Assembly: GCA_036339415.1 (NCBI GenBank)
Contig: JAYZBB010000046.1
Location: forward strand, 2,937-66,936
Direction: 5' to 3'
From: Bacteroidota bacterium
GTDB lineage: Bacteria; Bacteroidota; Bacteroidia; Flavobacteriales_D; Sanyastnellaceae
DNA: 64,000 nucleotides
Numbering within the stretch: position 1 is the stretch's first letter; every line of letters starts with the position of its first letter. A program made the translations under genes and the position numbers. Shown piece by piece: positions 8,604 through 18,476 of the stretch. The notes beneath the pieces were generated by a model. It saw nothing but the letters and a program-made list of their open reading frames with translations. It was not told where the DNA came from and ran no database searches.

Positions 8604-9893
8604 TCAGGCGAGGTCTTCGGTCTCAAACCAATGTTTGACACTCTGCATGAATTTTTGGATGCCAAGGCTTGGCAAGGCAACGCGGTCGTTCGTCTCTGAC
8701 GGTTCGTCAATGGTTTTCGCACGCAGGCGATCGTATCCCTTGATCACGAGGCCCACCCCCGTGGAGTAGGACGGAATGGACGTGTCATCAGGGGCATTGG
8801 AAATGTGCTCGCCGGGGAATCCGAGACGGCAATCCAGGCCTGTGACGAATTGAAAGAGCTGAGTGACGTGTTTGAGTTGCGACCCGCCACCGGTCAAGAC
8901 GATGCCGCCGATCAACTGATCCCCGAAGCCAGAGCTCCGAATTTCGTAGTGCACGTGTTCAATGATTTCAGTCATGCGCGCCTCGATGATTTGGGAGAGG
9001 GTCTTCAAGGCAATCTCCTTCGGCTTTCGTCCCGTCAACCCAGGGATGCACACAATCTCATTGGACTTGGTTTCTTGGGACAACGCAGAGCCAAATTTTT
9101 TCTTCAGTTGTTCTGCCTGACGCTTCATGATTTGGCATCCCTGACGGATGTCATCGCTGATCACATTGCCGCCGAAAGGAATCACAGCCGTGTGGCGGAT
9201 GATGCCGTCTTGGAAGATGGCAATGTCCGTGGTGCCGCCGCCAATGTCCACCAATGCGACACCGGCCTCTTTCTCTTCTTCGGAAAGCACCGAAGCGGCG
9301 GAAGCAAGTGGTTCGAGGATGAGCTGATCCACTTCAAGCCCCGCTTTGCGGATGCACTTGTAAATGTTTTGAGCTGCAGCCATCTGCCCAGTGATGATGT
9401 GGAAGTTCGCTTCAAGTCGCACGCCTGACATCCCAACCGGGTCTTTGATGCCCTGCTCGTTGTCCACGGTGAATTCCTGGGGAATGACATGCAGGATTTC
9501 TTCGCCGGGCTGCATCACCAGTTTGTGCATGTCTTCGATGAGCGCATCGATGTCGGCTTGGCCAATTTCGGATTCGAGATTCTCCCTTGTGATGAGTCCT
9601 CGATGCTGCAGGCTTTTGATGTGCTGCCCCGCGATGCCTACGTTCACCAGCCGAATTTGTGCGCCGACTTTTTGTTCCGCTTCTTGAACAGCCTGCTTGA
9701 TGGAGGCCACCGTACGATCGATGTTGGCCACGACGCCACGGGAAACTCCCACCGACTCGCTTCGACCGTAGCCAAGAAGTTCAATTTTTCCGAACTCGTT
9801 CTTCTGGCCGATGAAACAGGCAATTTTGGTCGTGCCAATGTCGAGGCCGACAACAATTTCTGCAGGGGTGTGGTGAGATTGATTGTCCATCAT
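8604..9893 (-). CDS. ftsA: Cell division protein FtsA
   Basis: Actin-like ATPase motifs (VVGLDIGTTKIA, VALVDIGGGTTDIAIF) and a position between ftsQ and ftsZ. The start is the ATGATG at 9888-9893, which overlaps the ftsQ stop (ATGA). Confidence 0.95.
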   Translation of the reverse strand: MMDNQSHHTPAEIVVGLDIGTTKIACFIGQKNEFGKIELLGYGRSESVGVSRGVVANIDRTVASIKQAVQEAEQKVGAQIRLVNVGIAGQHIKSLQHRGLITRENLESEIGQADIDALIEDMHKLVMQPGEEILHVIPQEFTVDNEQGIKDPVGMSGVRLEANFHIITGQMAAAQNIYKCIRKAGLEVDQLILEPLASAASVLSEEEKEAGVALVDIGGGTTDIAIFQDGIIRHTAVIPFGGNVISDDIRQGCQIMKRQAEQLKKKFGSALSQETKSNEIVCIPGLTGRKPKEIALKTLSQIIEARMTEIIEHVHYEIRSSGFGDQLIGGIVLTGGGSQLKHVTQLFQFVTGLDCRLGFPGEHISNAPDDTSIPSYSTGVGLVIKGYDRLRAKTIDEPSETNDRVALPSLGIQKFMQSVKHWFETEDLA

Positions 9894-10609
9894 GGGTAGC
9901 GTTGGGCGATGACTTGATCGCGGTAGGTGAGGTCGATGCGTTTGTAGTTGCGGAGGTTGCCGCGCTTGACTTGAGCACGGTAAAAGGCCAACAGATTTCG
10001 TTTTTTGTGTGCGCAATTGGAGGCGTCACCCAAAATCACTTCATGGCCAGCCAGTCGAGGATGCAGGATGAGTTCTCCATCCTTGTTCATCGACAATTGG
10101 TCGGTCAGTGCATTCCAAAATGCATCGTCCTTGGTGGCGGTCACAAAGCGAAAGCCCATGTGAGCTTGGGTCTCACGCTGCACATGCATGACAGGAACGT
10201 GCGGAGTGAAGTGCGCATCCAAGGGCATTCGTCGACCAGACTCGTCCAAGTAGTGGTCGTTTCCAGTTTCGCTGACGTGCACGCGCAACACTGGGTGACG
10301 TTGCCATACGTCGATGTGTACGGTGCCGTTCATTTGGGCATACACCTCCGCGCGCTCACAGGCATCCATGTCTGTCAAGTGGGACAGGATGAGCTGGAGG
10401 TCCACGTCATTGAGCAGCTCGCCTTCGAGCCGTGTTGCGCCCAACTGACCCTCAATGCGGTCGGCATCCAAAAAGCCCACCTCCTTCATGTCTTTGACTT
10501 GAATGTCCACCTTTTGCACCCGACGGCCTTCCACTTCGGCTGCGGCAAACCCGAGCATTGCACCAAGTGCGGCAAGGATGAGGGTCGTGCTGAGGATGCG
10601 TTGGATCAT
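9890..10609 (-). CDS. ftsQ: Cell division protein FtsQ (POTRA domain)
   Basis: N-terminal transmembrane segment (ILSTTLILAALGAMLGFAAA) followed by a POTRA-like region, located between murC and ftsA. Confidence 0.8.
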   Translation of the reverse strand: MIQRILSTTLILAALGAMLGFAAAEVEGRRVQKVDIQVKDMKEVGFLDADRIEGQLGATRLEGELLNDVDLQLILSHLTDMDACERAEVYAQMNGTVHIDVWQRHPVLRVHVSETGNDHYLDESGRRMPLDAHFTPHVPVMHVQRETQAHMGFRFVTATKDDAFWNALTDQLSMNKDGELILHPRLAGHEVILGDASNCAHKKRNLLAFYRAQVKRGNLRNYKRIDLTYRDQVIAQRYP

Positions 10610-10613
10610 GACT

Positions 10614-12038
10614 TCATTCGAGGCGCGCTTTCATGTGCTGGAGGGCTTGTGGCACGAGACGATCAATGTCTCCTGCACCTGCCGTGACCAGCACGTCGAC
10701 AGAGCGTGCCTTCAAGTCACCGAAGATGGAATCTGAAGTTGTCAGTTGTGTGTGTGCACCTGAGATGTTATCAAACAGCCATTGTGCATCAACGCCTGGA
10801 ATGGGTGCCTCTCGTGCCGGGTAAATGGGGAGCAACAACACCCCATCGGCTTTCCCCAAAACTTGGGCAAATTCCAAGCCAAAATCGCGGGTCCTTGTGT
10901 ACAAATGTGGCTGAAACACAAGTGTGATTTCTCGGTTTGGCCAACGAAGCCGCACGGCATCAAGCAAGGCTTGGAGCTCGGTAGGATGATGGGCGTAATC
11001 GTCGACATACACGGCGGACGGGTGGTCCAAATGCACTTCCATTCTGCGCTTCACGCCTCCGAAACGTTCCACCACGGTTCGGATGGTGTGCCCATCGACA
11101 CCCGCATGCCAGGCCATGATTGACGCGACCAGGGCGTTGACGACATTGTGCGCTCCCAAAAGTGCGGGGCGGGCCGTGAACGTGAGTGGCGACATGCCGT
11201 CTCCACCGCTTGCGTTGGAGCCAATGTTGAATACAGCTTCTTCACCCATCCAAGTGACGTGATGGTCGACCTCGCCTGTGGGTGTTTCACCGGCGCCAAT
11301 CAGCGCAAACCGTTCAATTTGTGGCTGCGAAGGCAAGGATGGTTCACTGTCCATCCATGTGAGACCAGCGGGGAGAAGCAGGGTTTTTTGGACTTGCGTT
11401 CCAAACTGCTCAAAAGCTTCTCGAAACGCTTCTCCTGTGCCGTAGATGTCCAGGTGGTCGGGCTCAAGGTTGGTGATGGCTGCGATGGTGGGATGCAGGT
11501 GGTGAAAGCTGCGGTCAAATTCGTCGGCTTCCACAACGTGCCATGAGGCTCCCTTCCGTGAGAGGTGATTGCTTCCCGTGCGAGCGCTGATGCCACCAAG
11601 AAAGGCATGGCAACCCGCTTCTGTGGCATCGAGCATGGCAGCGAGCCAACTGGAGGTCGTGGTTTTGCCATGCGTGCCGGCCACGGCCAGGGTGGGTTGA
11701 CTTTGAGTGAGTTGACCCAAAAGGGCGGCACGCTTGATAGGTGTGATGCCCAACACGTCGAAATGTGTCAAGAGTGGCAAGTCTTGTGGCACTGCTGGCG
11801 TCCAAACAACAGTCAAGGTGTCACGCGTCGCGTTTTGGGCCCAAGCAGGCAAATCCGAAGGCTTGGTGGAATGGGTCACGGTCATGCCTTCCTTTTGAAG
11901 TTGCGTCAGCAGGGCGGAAGGGGTCTTATCGTAGCCACCAACGACGTGGCCCATTTGTTGGAGATGTCTGGCAAGGGCGCTCATGCCTATGCCGCCAAGC
12001 CCCAGAAAGAACACATGGGTTGTGTGGATGGCGGTCAT
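10614..12038 (-). CDS. murC: UDP-N-acetylmuramate--L-alanine ligase
   Basis: FFLGLGGIGMSALARHL and AVAGTHGKTTTSS Mur-ligase motifs. The start was trimmed to ATG 12038. Confidence 0.95.
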   Translation of the reverse strand: MTAIHTTHVFFLGLGGIGMSALARHLQQMGHVVGGYDKTPSALLTQLQKEGMTVTHSTKPSDLPAWAQNATRDTLTVVWTPAVPQDLPLLTHFDVLGITPIKRAALLGQLTQSQPTLAVAGTHGKTTTSSWLAAMLDATEAGCHAFLGGISARTGSNHLSRKGASWHVVEADEFDRSFHHLHPTIAAITNLEPDHLDIYGTGEAFREAFEQFGTQVQKTLLLPAGLTWMDSEPSLPSQPQIERFALIGAGETPTGEVDHHVTWMGEEAVFNIGSNASGGDGMSPLTFTARPALLGAHNVVNALVASIMAWHAGVDGHTIRTVVERFGGVKRRMEVHLDHPSAVYVDDYAHHPTELQALLDAVRLRWPNREITLVFQPHLYTRTRDFGLEFAQVLGKADGVLLLPIYPAREAPIPGVDAQWLFDNISGAHTQLTTSDSIFGDLKARSVDVLVTAGAGDIDRLVPQALQHMKARLE

Positions 12039-12040
12039 GG

Positions 12041-13165
12041 TCACACCAATTGTTCCAGTTGATCCACCACAGCGGCAGCGGCATTGGGTCGAGCTGCTTG
12101 TTGCATGGCCTTCGCCATGGCTTCGCATTGCCCGGGATTGTCAAGCAATTCTCTCAGCCTATGGCCGAGTTGCTCACGAACAGATGCATCAGGGAGAAGC
12201 AGGGCACCCCCAAGCTCCGTCAGGCTTTGCGCATTGTGGGTTTGGTGATCTTCGGCCACGTTGGGAGACGGCACAAGGATGGCTGCTTTTCCCACCAGGG
12301 CGAGTTCTGCAATGGACATTGCGCCTGCACGAGATGCGATGATTGTGGCAGCTTGATAGGCGAGGTCCATGCGGTCGATGAAGCCTGCGCACACAACCCC
12401 ATCACAGGGATGGGCGTCGAGCCAAGCCTGACAGCTTCGGGCATGGCGCCCACCGCATTGCCACAAGACCTGATACCCTCGTTCCGACAGGCGCGGCAGT
12501 TTGCCCAAGATGGCTTGCACCGCTTCATTCATGGATTGTGCCCCAAGGCTACCACCCATGACAAAGACCACAGGTCGCTCGTCCGTGAATCCCCAATGAG
12601 CGAGCGCGGCATGTTGATGTTCAGAGGAGGTGTTCGCCAAATCGCACACGTGGGACCTCAGTGGATTGCCCGTCAGGACGATTCGATCTTCCGGAAACCA
12701 GCGCTCGAGCCCCGGCAATCCCGCACAAATGCGGTCGACCCGCTTGGACAGCAGTCGATTGGTGATGCCAGGAAAACTGTTTTGTTCTTGGATGAGTGTG
12801 GGGAGACCTTTTCTAACAGCTTGGTCGAGCAAGGGTCCGCTTGCGAAGCCACCGACGCCCACCACGACTTGGGGGCAGTGTTTTCGCAACAAACGACGTG
12901 CTTTCCACAAACTGCTCAAAAGTTTGAAGGGAAAAGTGAGGTTGCGTGCGCTGGTCAGTTTTCGTTCGATTCCACTGATCCAGAGACCGTCGATGTCGTA
13001 TCCTGCGGCGGGGACTTTGTCCATTTCCATCCGTCCCAAGGCGCCTACAAATCGAACGTCTGCATCCGGGTTGCGACGCTTGATTTCGTCCGCGATGGCA
13101 AGGGCGGGGTGGATGTGACCTCCCGTGCCACCTCCCGAAATGAGGACGTTGTGAAGGCTGCCCAT
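12041..13165 (-). CDS. murG: Undecaprenyldiphospho-muramoylpentapeptide beta-N-acetylglucosaminyltransferase
   Basis: ISGGGTGGHIHPALAIADE N-terminal motif and dcw context. The ATG at 13165 shares one base with the ftsW stop (TGATG). Confidence 0.95.
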   Translation of the reverse strand: MGSLHNVLISGGGTGGHIHPALAIADEIKRRNPDADVRFVGALGRMEMDKVPAAGYDIDGLWISGIERKLTSARNLTFPFKLLSSLWKARRLLRKHCPQVVVGVGGFASGPLLDQAVRKGLPTLIQEQNSFPGITNRLLSKRVDRICAGLPGLERWFPEDRIVLTGNPLRSHVCDLANTSSEHQHAALAHWGFTDERPVVFVMGGSLGAQSMNEAVQAILGKLPRLSERGYQVLWQCGGRHARSCQAWLDAHPCDGVVCAGFIDRMDLAYQAATIIASRAGAMSIAELALVGKAAILVPSPNVAEDHQTHNAQSLTELGGALLLPDASVREQLGHRLRELLDNPGQCEAMAKAMQQAARPNAAAAVVDQLEQLV

Positions 13166-14367
13166 CAAGTGAGCGTGTTTCCGTTGTGGGCACCACCAGC
13201 TCCGGCGAATTCCTGTTGGACCACGCGCGTCACGGCCAACATCATGCCGAGAGACAGGCAAGTGAACAGCAAGGAAGTTCCGCCATAGCTAACCAAAGGC
13301 AAAGGTTGTCCCGTTGTGGGAAACAGACGTACAGACACCCCCATGTTCACGAGCGCTTGAACCGTGATCATCAACCCCAAACCGAGCACCAGGTTTCGGC
13401 CAAATGTGGACCGACATTTGATGGCTGTCCTTGAGGCCCTGAACAACAGAGCGAGGTAGAGCAACACCAGGCCCAATCCACCGATGATGGCGCCCCATTC
13501 TTCCACGATGAAGGCGAATATCATGTCAGAATAGGGGTGGGGAAGGAAGTTCCGGGAAGTGCCTGAAGCCGGGCCGTGTGGGAACAATCCGCCTTTGTAA
13601 ATGGCGACCTGTGCCAATTCGATTTGGTAATCTTCTTCACTGGTCACCCCCTCTTGCCCGGTTGCAAAGCCGACAAAACTTTCCATCCGATTGGCCCACG
13701 TTCCAAAACGAGGCAACGCCTCGGGTGCAGCCTTGCCTATGCCATACAACCCCGTGATTCCCATGGCGGCGATTCCCGCAATGCGAAACATGTGCTTCCA
13801 TGGCAATCCTCCAACGAACAGCATGGTCACACAGATGGCCCCCAACATGGCAGCCGTGGAAAAATCAGAAGGCAAGATGAGCAAGCAGATGGCGCCAATG
13901 CCGCCCAGGATGGGCATCAACCCTTGCCAAACGTCGTCCAAGACATCGGCACGCACTTGCAATTGCCTCGCAACCCAAACCACCAAGGCAAGCTTGGCAA
14001 AGTCTGATGTTTGGACGGTCAACCCTATGAAAGGGAGCTTGATCCACCTGCGAGCGTCGTTGATGTCCGTTCCAAACAGCAGCGTGAACACGAGCGCGGC
14101 GATGGCCAAGACAAACAGGACGTTGGCCAATTTGCCAAAGTACTTGAAGTGGATGCGATGAACCCCAAACATCACAACCCATCCCCCTGCCAGCAGTCCA
14201 ATTTGCTTGAACAGGAATTTGGCGCTGTTGCCATCGGCTTTGTAGGCGAGCGTGCTGATGGCGCTGTACACCGTGACCAAAGAAGCCACGGTCAGCACAA
14301 GGGCAATGCCCCAAAGCACGCGGTCGCCTTCCAACCGCTGACGGATGCCGGCAAGGAGTTCGTTCAT
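13165..14367 (-). CDS. ftsW: FtsW/RodA (SEDS) family peptidoglycan polymerase
   Basis: Polytopic membrane protein with SEDS-like motifs (LPHPYSDMIFAFIVEEWG, PTTGQPLPLVSYGGTS), located between murD and murG. Confidence 0.92.
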   Translation of the reverse strand: MNELLAGIRQRLEGDRVLWGIALVLTVASLVTVYSAISTLAYKADGNSAKFLFKQIGLLAGGWVVMFGVHRIHFKYFGKLANVLFVLAIAALVFTLLFGTDINDARRWIKLPFIGLTVQTSDFAKLALVVWVARQLQVRADVLDDVWQGLMPILGGIGAICLLILPSDFSTAAMLGAICVTMLFVGGLPWKHMFRIAGIAAMGITGLYGIGKAAPEALPRFGTWANRMESFVGFATGQEGVTSEEDYQIELAQVAIYKGGLFPHGPASGTSRNFLPHPYSDMIFAFIVEEWGAIIGGLGLVLLYLALLFRASRTAIKCRSTFGRNLVLGLGLMITVQALVNMGVSVRLFPTTGQPLPLVSYGGTSLLFTCLSLGMMLAVTRVVQQEFAGAGGAHNGNTLT

Positions 14368-14382
14368 CGTTGTTGGCGCAAA

Positions 14383-15783
14383 TCAGAGTTGACGAACGGC
14401 AGCCTTGAAGGCGCGTCCACGTTGTTCGTAGCTGCCAAACAAATCGAAGCTGGCACAGGCGGGTGAAAGCATGGCAGTGTCGCCGGGCGTGCCCAGTTCA
14501 TAAGCTTTGGCCACAGCTTCTTCTGCGGAGCTTACATCCCAACTGCTTTCCACAAGCTCGTCGAAGGCAGAATGCAGTTTCGCGTTGTTTTTGCCCATGC
14601 AAATGAGGTGCTTCACCTTGTCCCGAACGAGCGGCACCAATGTGCTGTAGTCGTTGCCTTTGTCGATGCCACCAGCAATCCAAATGACAGGTGCTGTCGC
14701 GCATTCGAGCGCGTACCATACGCTGTTCACGTTGGTGGCTTTGGAATCGTTGATGAACGTGATGCCGTTCACTTCTTGCACGAATTCAAGTCGGTGTTCG
14801 ACGCCTTCAAAGCTTTGCAAGCTTTCGCGAATGCCTTCTTTGCGCAGATCGAGTACGCGGCCGGTCATGCCGGCTGCCATGGAGTTGAAGAGGTTGTGTT
14901 TCCCCTGCACGGCCAGTTTCTGGATGGTCATGGAAAATGAATTGAAATGTTGGAGGATGAATTGTGAATTGTCTTGGGAGTCCAAACCGCCGCCGTGTCC
15001 ATTGTGCATCACCTCGTCAAGGGTGCGTTCGGCGCTGATGGGCAGCAGTTGGGCGGAAGTGCCGGCTTGATCCAGCATGCGCTGGGTCCAGGGGCAATCC
15101 GCATTGTAAATGAGATGATCCGCCTCGGTTTGAGAGGCGGTGATGCGCCACTTGGACGCGGCGTAATTGGCCATTTCGTAGCCGTAGCGGTCGAGATGGT
15201 CGGGGGTGATGTTGAGCAGCAGCCCGATGTTGGGTCGGAACGTACTCGTTCCGTCAAGTTGGAAGCTGCTCACTTCTAGAACCGTGGCTTGTGCTGGGGC
15301 CTCGTTGTGGGTCAAACGCTCCGAGAGTCGTCGCGCCCAACTTGTGCCAATGTTGCCCACGCAATCGGTGTCCCACCCTTCGTTCCGGAGGAGGTGGTCA
15401 ATCATGGCTGTCGTGGTGGTTTTTCCATTGGCACCGGTCACGGCAACCACGGGATTGTTGTGGCCCATGGCGCGATGGGCACGAGAGGCATATTCGATTT
15501 CGCTGATGACCTCTCTGCCTTGCGAGATGCAGGTTTGCACCACAGGCGCTGTGTCTGGAATGCCAGGGCTTTTCACCACCACAGAGGTGTCTTCCCAGCG
15601 TTGAGGTTGATGACCACCGACTTCGCATTCAATGCCCGCACTCTGGAGTTCCGACACGCCCGGACCTTGTCCCTCACCAGCCTCGCTCACGAATGCACGC
15701 GCCCCAAGGGACTTCGCCAACAAGGCGGAGCCCACGCCGCTTTCGCCAGCGCCAAGGATGAGGATGGGTTCTGTGAGGTTCAT
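14383..15783 (-). CDS. murD: UDP-N-acetylmuramoylalanine--D-glutamate ligase
   Basis: ILILGAGESGVGSA N-terminus and VAVTGANGKTTTTAM P-loop, with dcw context. Confidence 0.95.
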   Translation of the reverse strand: MNLTEPILILGAGESGVGSALLAKSLGARAFVSEAGEGQGPGVSELQSAGIECEVGGHQPQRWEDTSVVVKSPGIPDTAPVVQTCISQGREVISEIEYASRAHRAMGHNNPVVAVTGANGKTTTTAMIDHLLRNEGWDTDCVGNIGTSWARRLSERLTHNEAPAQATVLEVSSFQLDGTSTFRPNIGLLLNITPDHLDRYGYEMANYAASKWRITASQTEADHLIYNADCPWTQRMLDQAGTSAQLLPISAERTLDEVMHNGHGGGLDSQDNSQFILQHFNSFSMTIQKLAVQGKHNLFNSMAAGMTGRVLDLRKEGIRESLQSFEGVEHRLEFVQEVNGITFINDSKATNVNSVWYALECATAPVIWIAGGIDKGNDYSTLVPLVRDKVKHLICMGKNNAKLHSAFDELVESSWDVSSAEEAVAKAYELGTPGDTAMLSPACASFDLFGSYEQRGRAFKAAVRQL

Positions 15784-15796
15784 GGGTTCGAGCGGG

Positions 15797-16987
15797 TCAA
15801 CGGACTTTCAGGGTGACGATGGTGACGACGGCGAGGAGGATGCCGACAATCCAAAACCGTGCAGTGATTTTGGACTCGGGCATGTTGAGCTTCTGGTAGT
15901 GGTGGTGCAGGGGCGCCATGAGAAACACCCGACGGCCTTCGCCATATTTCTTTTTGGTGTGGCGGAACCATCCCACTTGAATCACCACACTGAGGTTTTC
16001 GATGAGGAAAATGCCGCAGAGCACAGGAATCAAGAGTTCCTTGCGAATGGCGATGGCAAACGTGGCAATGATGCCGCCGAGTGCCAACGACCCTGTGTCT
16101 CCCATGAATACTTGAGCGGGGAAGGCGTTGTACCAGAGGAAGGCCACGCAGGCACCCACAAAGGCTGCGATGAACACCACGAGCTCCTCTGAGCCAGGGA
16201 TGTACATGATGCTGAGGTAATCCGCGATGACTGTGTTGGAACTGACGTAGGCAAGCACTGCGAGGGCCATGCCGATGATGGCGCTGGTGCCTGTCGCCAG
16301 GCCGTCGATGCCATCCGTGAGGTTGGCGCCGTTGCTCACGGCAGTTACAATGAGGATGACCAGTGGGATGAAAACAATCCAGACGTATTGCGCAGCATCT
16401 TCCACAATCCAAGACAACAGCCAGGCGTAGTCGAAGTGGTTGTCCTTGATGAATGGGATGGTTGTTGCAGTGGACCGCACGGTGGTCCATGTGTCTTCAA
16501 GTGTCAGCTCTTTGATGGCGATGTCGGGGTGCCAAATCATGGTGGCACCGAGAATCACCCCCATCCCAACTTGACCGATGACCTTGAAGCGTCCTGCCAG
16601 CCCTTCTTTGTTCTTCTTGAAAACCTTGATGTAGTCGTCGATGAACCCAATGGTCCCGAGCCACAGGGTGCTGAGGATCATCAGTTGAGTGTAGACGTTG
16701 GTCAGATCTGCAAACAGGAGGGTGGGCAAAAGGATGGCGCCGAGAATGATGAGGCCTCCCATGGTGGGGGTGCCTTGCTTGTTCATTTGGCCTTCCAAGC
16801 CGAGGTCGCGCACAATCTCTCCAACCTGCATCAGCTGCAGCCGCTCGATGATGCGCTTGCCAAACAAAATGCCCACCGTCAGCGAGGTCATCAAGCTCAT
16901 GCCCGCTCGGAACGAGACAAAGCTGAACAGGCCGGCGCCCGGCAGGTCGTAGATCTCGCGAAGGTGGGTGAAGAGGTGGTAGAGCAT
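15797..16987 (-). CDS. mraY: Phospho-N-acetylmuramoyl-pentapeptide transferase
   Basis: MraY signatures ([36 protein letters not shown]). Confidence 0.96.
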   Translation of the reverse strand: MLYHLFTHLREIYDLPGAGLFSFVSFRAGMSLMTSLTVGILFGKRIIERLQLMQVGEIVRDLGLEGQMNKQGTPTMGGLIILGAILLPTLLFADLTNVYTQLMILSTLWLGTIGFIDDYIKVFKKNKEGLAGRFKVIGQVGMGVILGATMIWHPDIAIKELTLEDTWTTVRSTATTIPFIKDNHFDYAWLLSWIVEDAAQYVWIVFIPLVILIVTAVSNGANLTDGIDGLATGTSAIIGMALAVLAYVSSNTVIADYLSIMYIPGSEELVVFIAAFVGACVAFLWYNAFPAQVFMGDTGSLALGGIIATFAIAIRKELLIPVLCGIFLIENLSVVIQVGWFRHTKKKYGEGRRVFLMAPLHHHYQKLNMPESKITARFWIVGILLAVVTIVTLKVR

Positions 16988-17015
16988 GGTGGGATCGAAG
17001 GGTGGGGTGTGAGGT

Positions 17016-18476
17016 TCAGGTGGTGGGGGTGAAGGCTTCTTTCAGTTCGATTCGGTCGTCGAAGGGGAGGCGTTCTCCTTGGATTTCTTGGTAACGTTCA
17101 TGCCCTTTTCCAGCGACCAGGACGATGTCTCCTGCTTCGGCAAGGGCTGCAGCCGTGCGAATGGCTTCTCGCCGATCGACGATGCTGAGGCATTTGCGTT
17201 TTTCAATGGGATCCAGTCCTTGTTCCATGTCTTTAAGGATGCTGGCCGGATCCTCACTTCGAGGGTTGTCGCTCGTCAGGATGACCCTGTCTGAGCCGTG
17301 AGCGGCGCGTTGGGCCATGGTGGCGCGCTTGGTCTTGTCGCGGTCGCCTCCGCAGCCCACCACGGTGATCACGTGTTCTCCGCCGGTCCGGACGTGGGAA
17401 ATGGTCTTCAGGACGTTGTCCAATGCGTCCGGGGTGTGCGCATAATCGACAATGGCAGTGATGCCATCGCGCGCAGGCACTCGTTCAAATCGCCCTGCGG
17501 GTGGCTTCAACAGAGACATTTGCGTCAGGGCGTTCATCTTGTCAGTACCCAAAAGCTTGGTCACCACATACACAGCCAGGAGATTGCTTGCATTGAACCC
17601 ACCGACGAGTTGCGAATACAATTCTTGACCATCGAGGTGCAGAACGAGGCCAGAGATTTGATTCTCAATCAACCGTGCGCGTTCATCGGCGACACCTTGC
17701 ACGGCCATTGTGACCACCTTGGCTTTGGTATGCTCAACCATGTCTTCTGCGTGGGCGTCGTCTGCATTGACCGCGGCAAAGGCGTTTGACGGAAGCATGT
17801 CGAACAACCTTTTTTTGGCCTTGATGTAGCTGTTGAAGTCCCCGTGGTAGTCGAGGTGTTCGTGGGTGATGTTGGTGAACACGGCGCCTGCGAATTGGGT
17901 GCCTGCCATGCGCGATTGGACGATGGCGTGGGAGCTCGCTTCCATGAACACATGAGTGCACCCTGCATCTGCCATCTCTCTCAAAAGCCCTTGGAGGATC
18001 AGGGGGTCGGGTGTGGTATGTGTGGCCTCGATGACGCGGTCTACAATGCGGTTCTCCACGGTGCCGAGCATGCCAACTTTACGGTCCAGCAAGCGATAGA
18101 GCTGATGCAGCAACGTCACTGTTGTGGTTTTTCCATTGGTGCCAGTGACTGCCACCACCTTCATGTCTTTTGAAGGATGGTCGTGGAACGCAGCTGCGAT
18201 GTGTCCAAGGGCCTCGGCGCTGGATTTGACCTGAATGACCGTGACGTGTTCAGGTGTGCTTTCTGGCATGCGCTCACAGACGATGCATGCAGCGCCCGAG
18301 TCGATGGCCTGATCGATGAATTGGTGGCCATCCACCACCGTGCCAGGGATGGCCACGAACAGTCCGAGAGGTTGAACCTTCCGAGAGTCCACTGCAATGT
18401 GTTCAACAGCGACATGCGTTGTGCCGCGCACCTCCAGGATGCGTGCGTCGTAGAGCAAATCTGAGAGCAGTTTCAC
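17016..18476 (-). CDS. murE: UDP-N-acetylmuramoyl-L-alanyl-D-glutamate--2,6-diaminopimelate ligase
   Basis: [13 protein letters not shown]-loop and a DNPR motif ([12 protein letters not shown]). The GTG start overlaps the ftsI stop (GTGA). Confidence 0.93.
   Translation of the reverse strand: MKLLSDLLYDARILEVRGTTHVAVEHIAVDSRKVQPLGLFVAIPGTVVDGHQFIDQAIDSGAACIVCERMPESTPEHVTVIQVKSSAEALGHIAAAFHDHPSKDMKVVAVTGTNGKTTTVTLLHQLYRLLDRKVGMLGTVENRIVDRVIEATHTTPDPLILQGLLREMADAGCTHVFMEASSHAIVQSRMAGTQFAGAVFTNITHEHLDYHGDFNSYIKAKKRLFDMLPSNAFAAVNADDAHAEDMVEHTKAKVVTMAVQGVADERARLIENQISGLVLHLDGQELYSQLVGGFNASNLLAVYVVTKLLGTDKMNALTQMSLLKPPAGRFERVPARDGITAIVDYAHTPDALDNVLKTISHVRTGGEHVITVVGCGGDRDKTKRATMAQRAAHGSDRVILTSDNPRSEDPASILKDMEQGLDPIEKRKCLSIVDRREAIRTAAALAEAGDIVLVAGKGHERYQEIQGERLPFDDRIELKEAFTPTT

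Noticed and set aside
9902-10687. 261-aa plus-strand ORF antisense to ftsQ/murC
   Set aside because: It is a shadow frame with no motifs and overlaps two syntenic dcw genes on the other strand.
11765-13288. 507-aa plus-strand ORF spanning murC/murG
   Set aside because: It is entirely antisense to two well-supported Mur genes. The product is Arg/Gly/Ser/Cys-rich with no motifs, which is the typical shadow ORF of a moderately GC-rich coding region.
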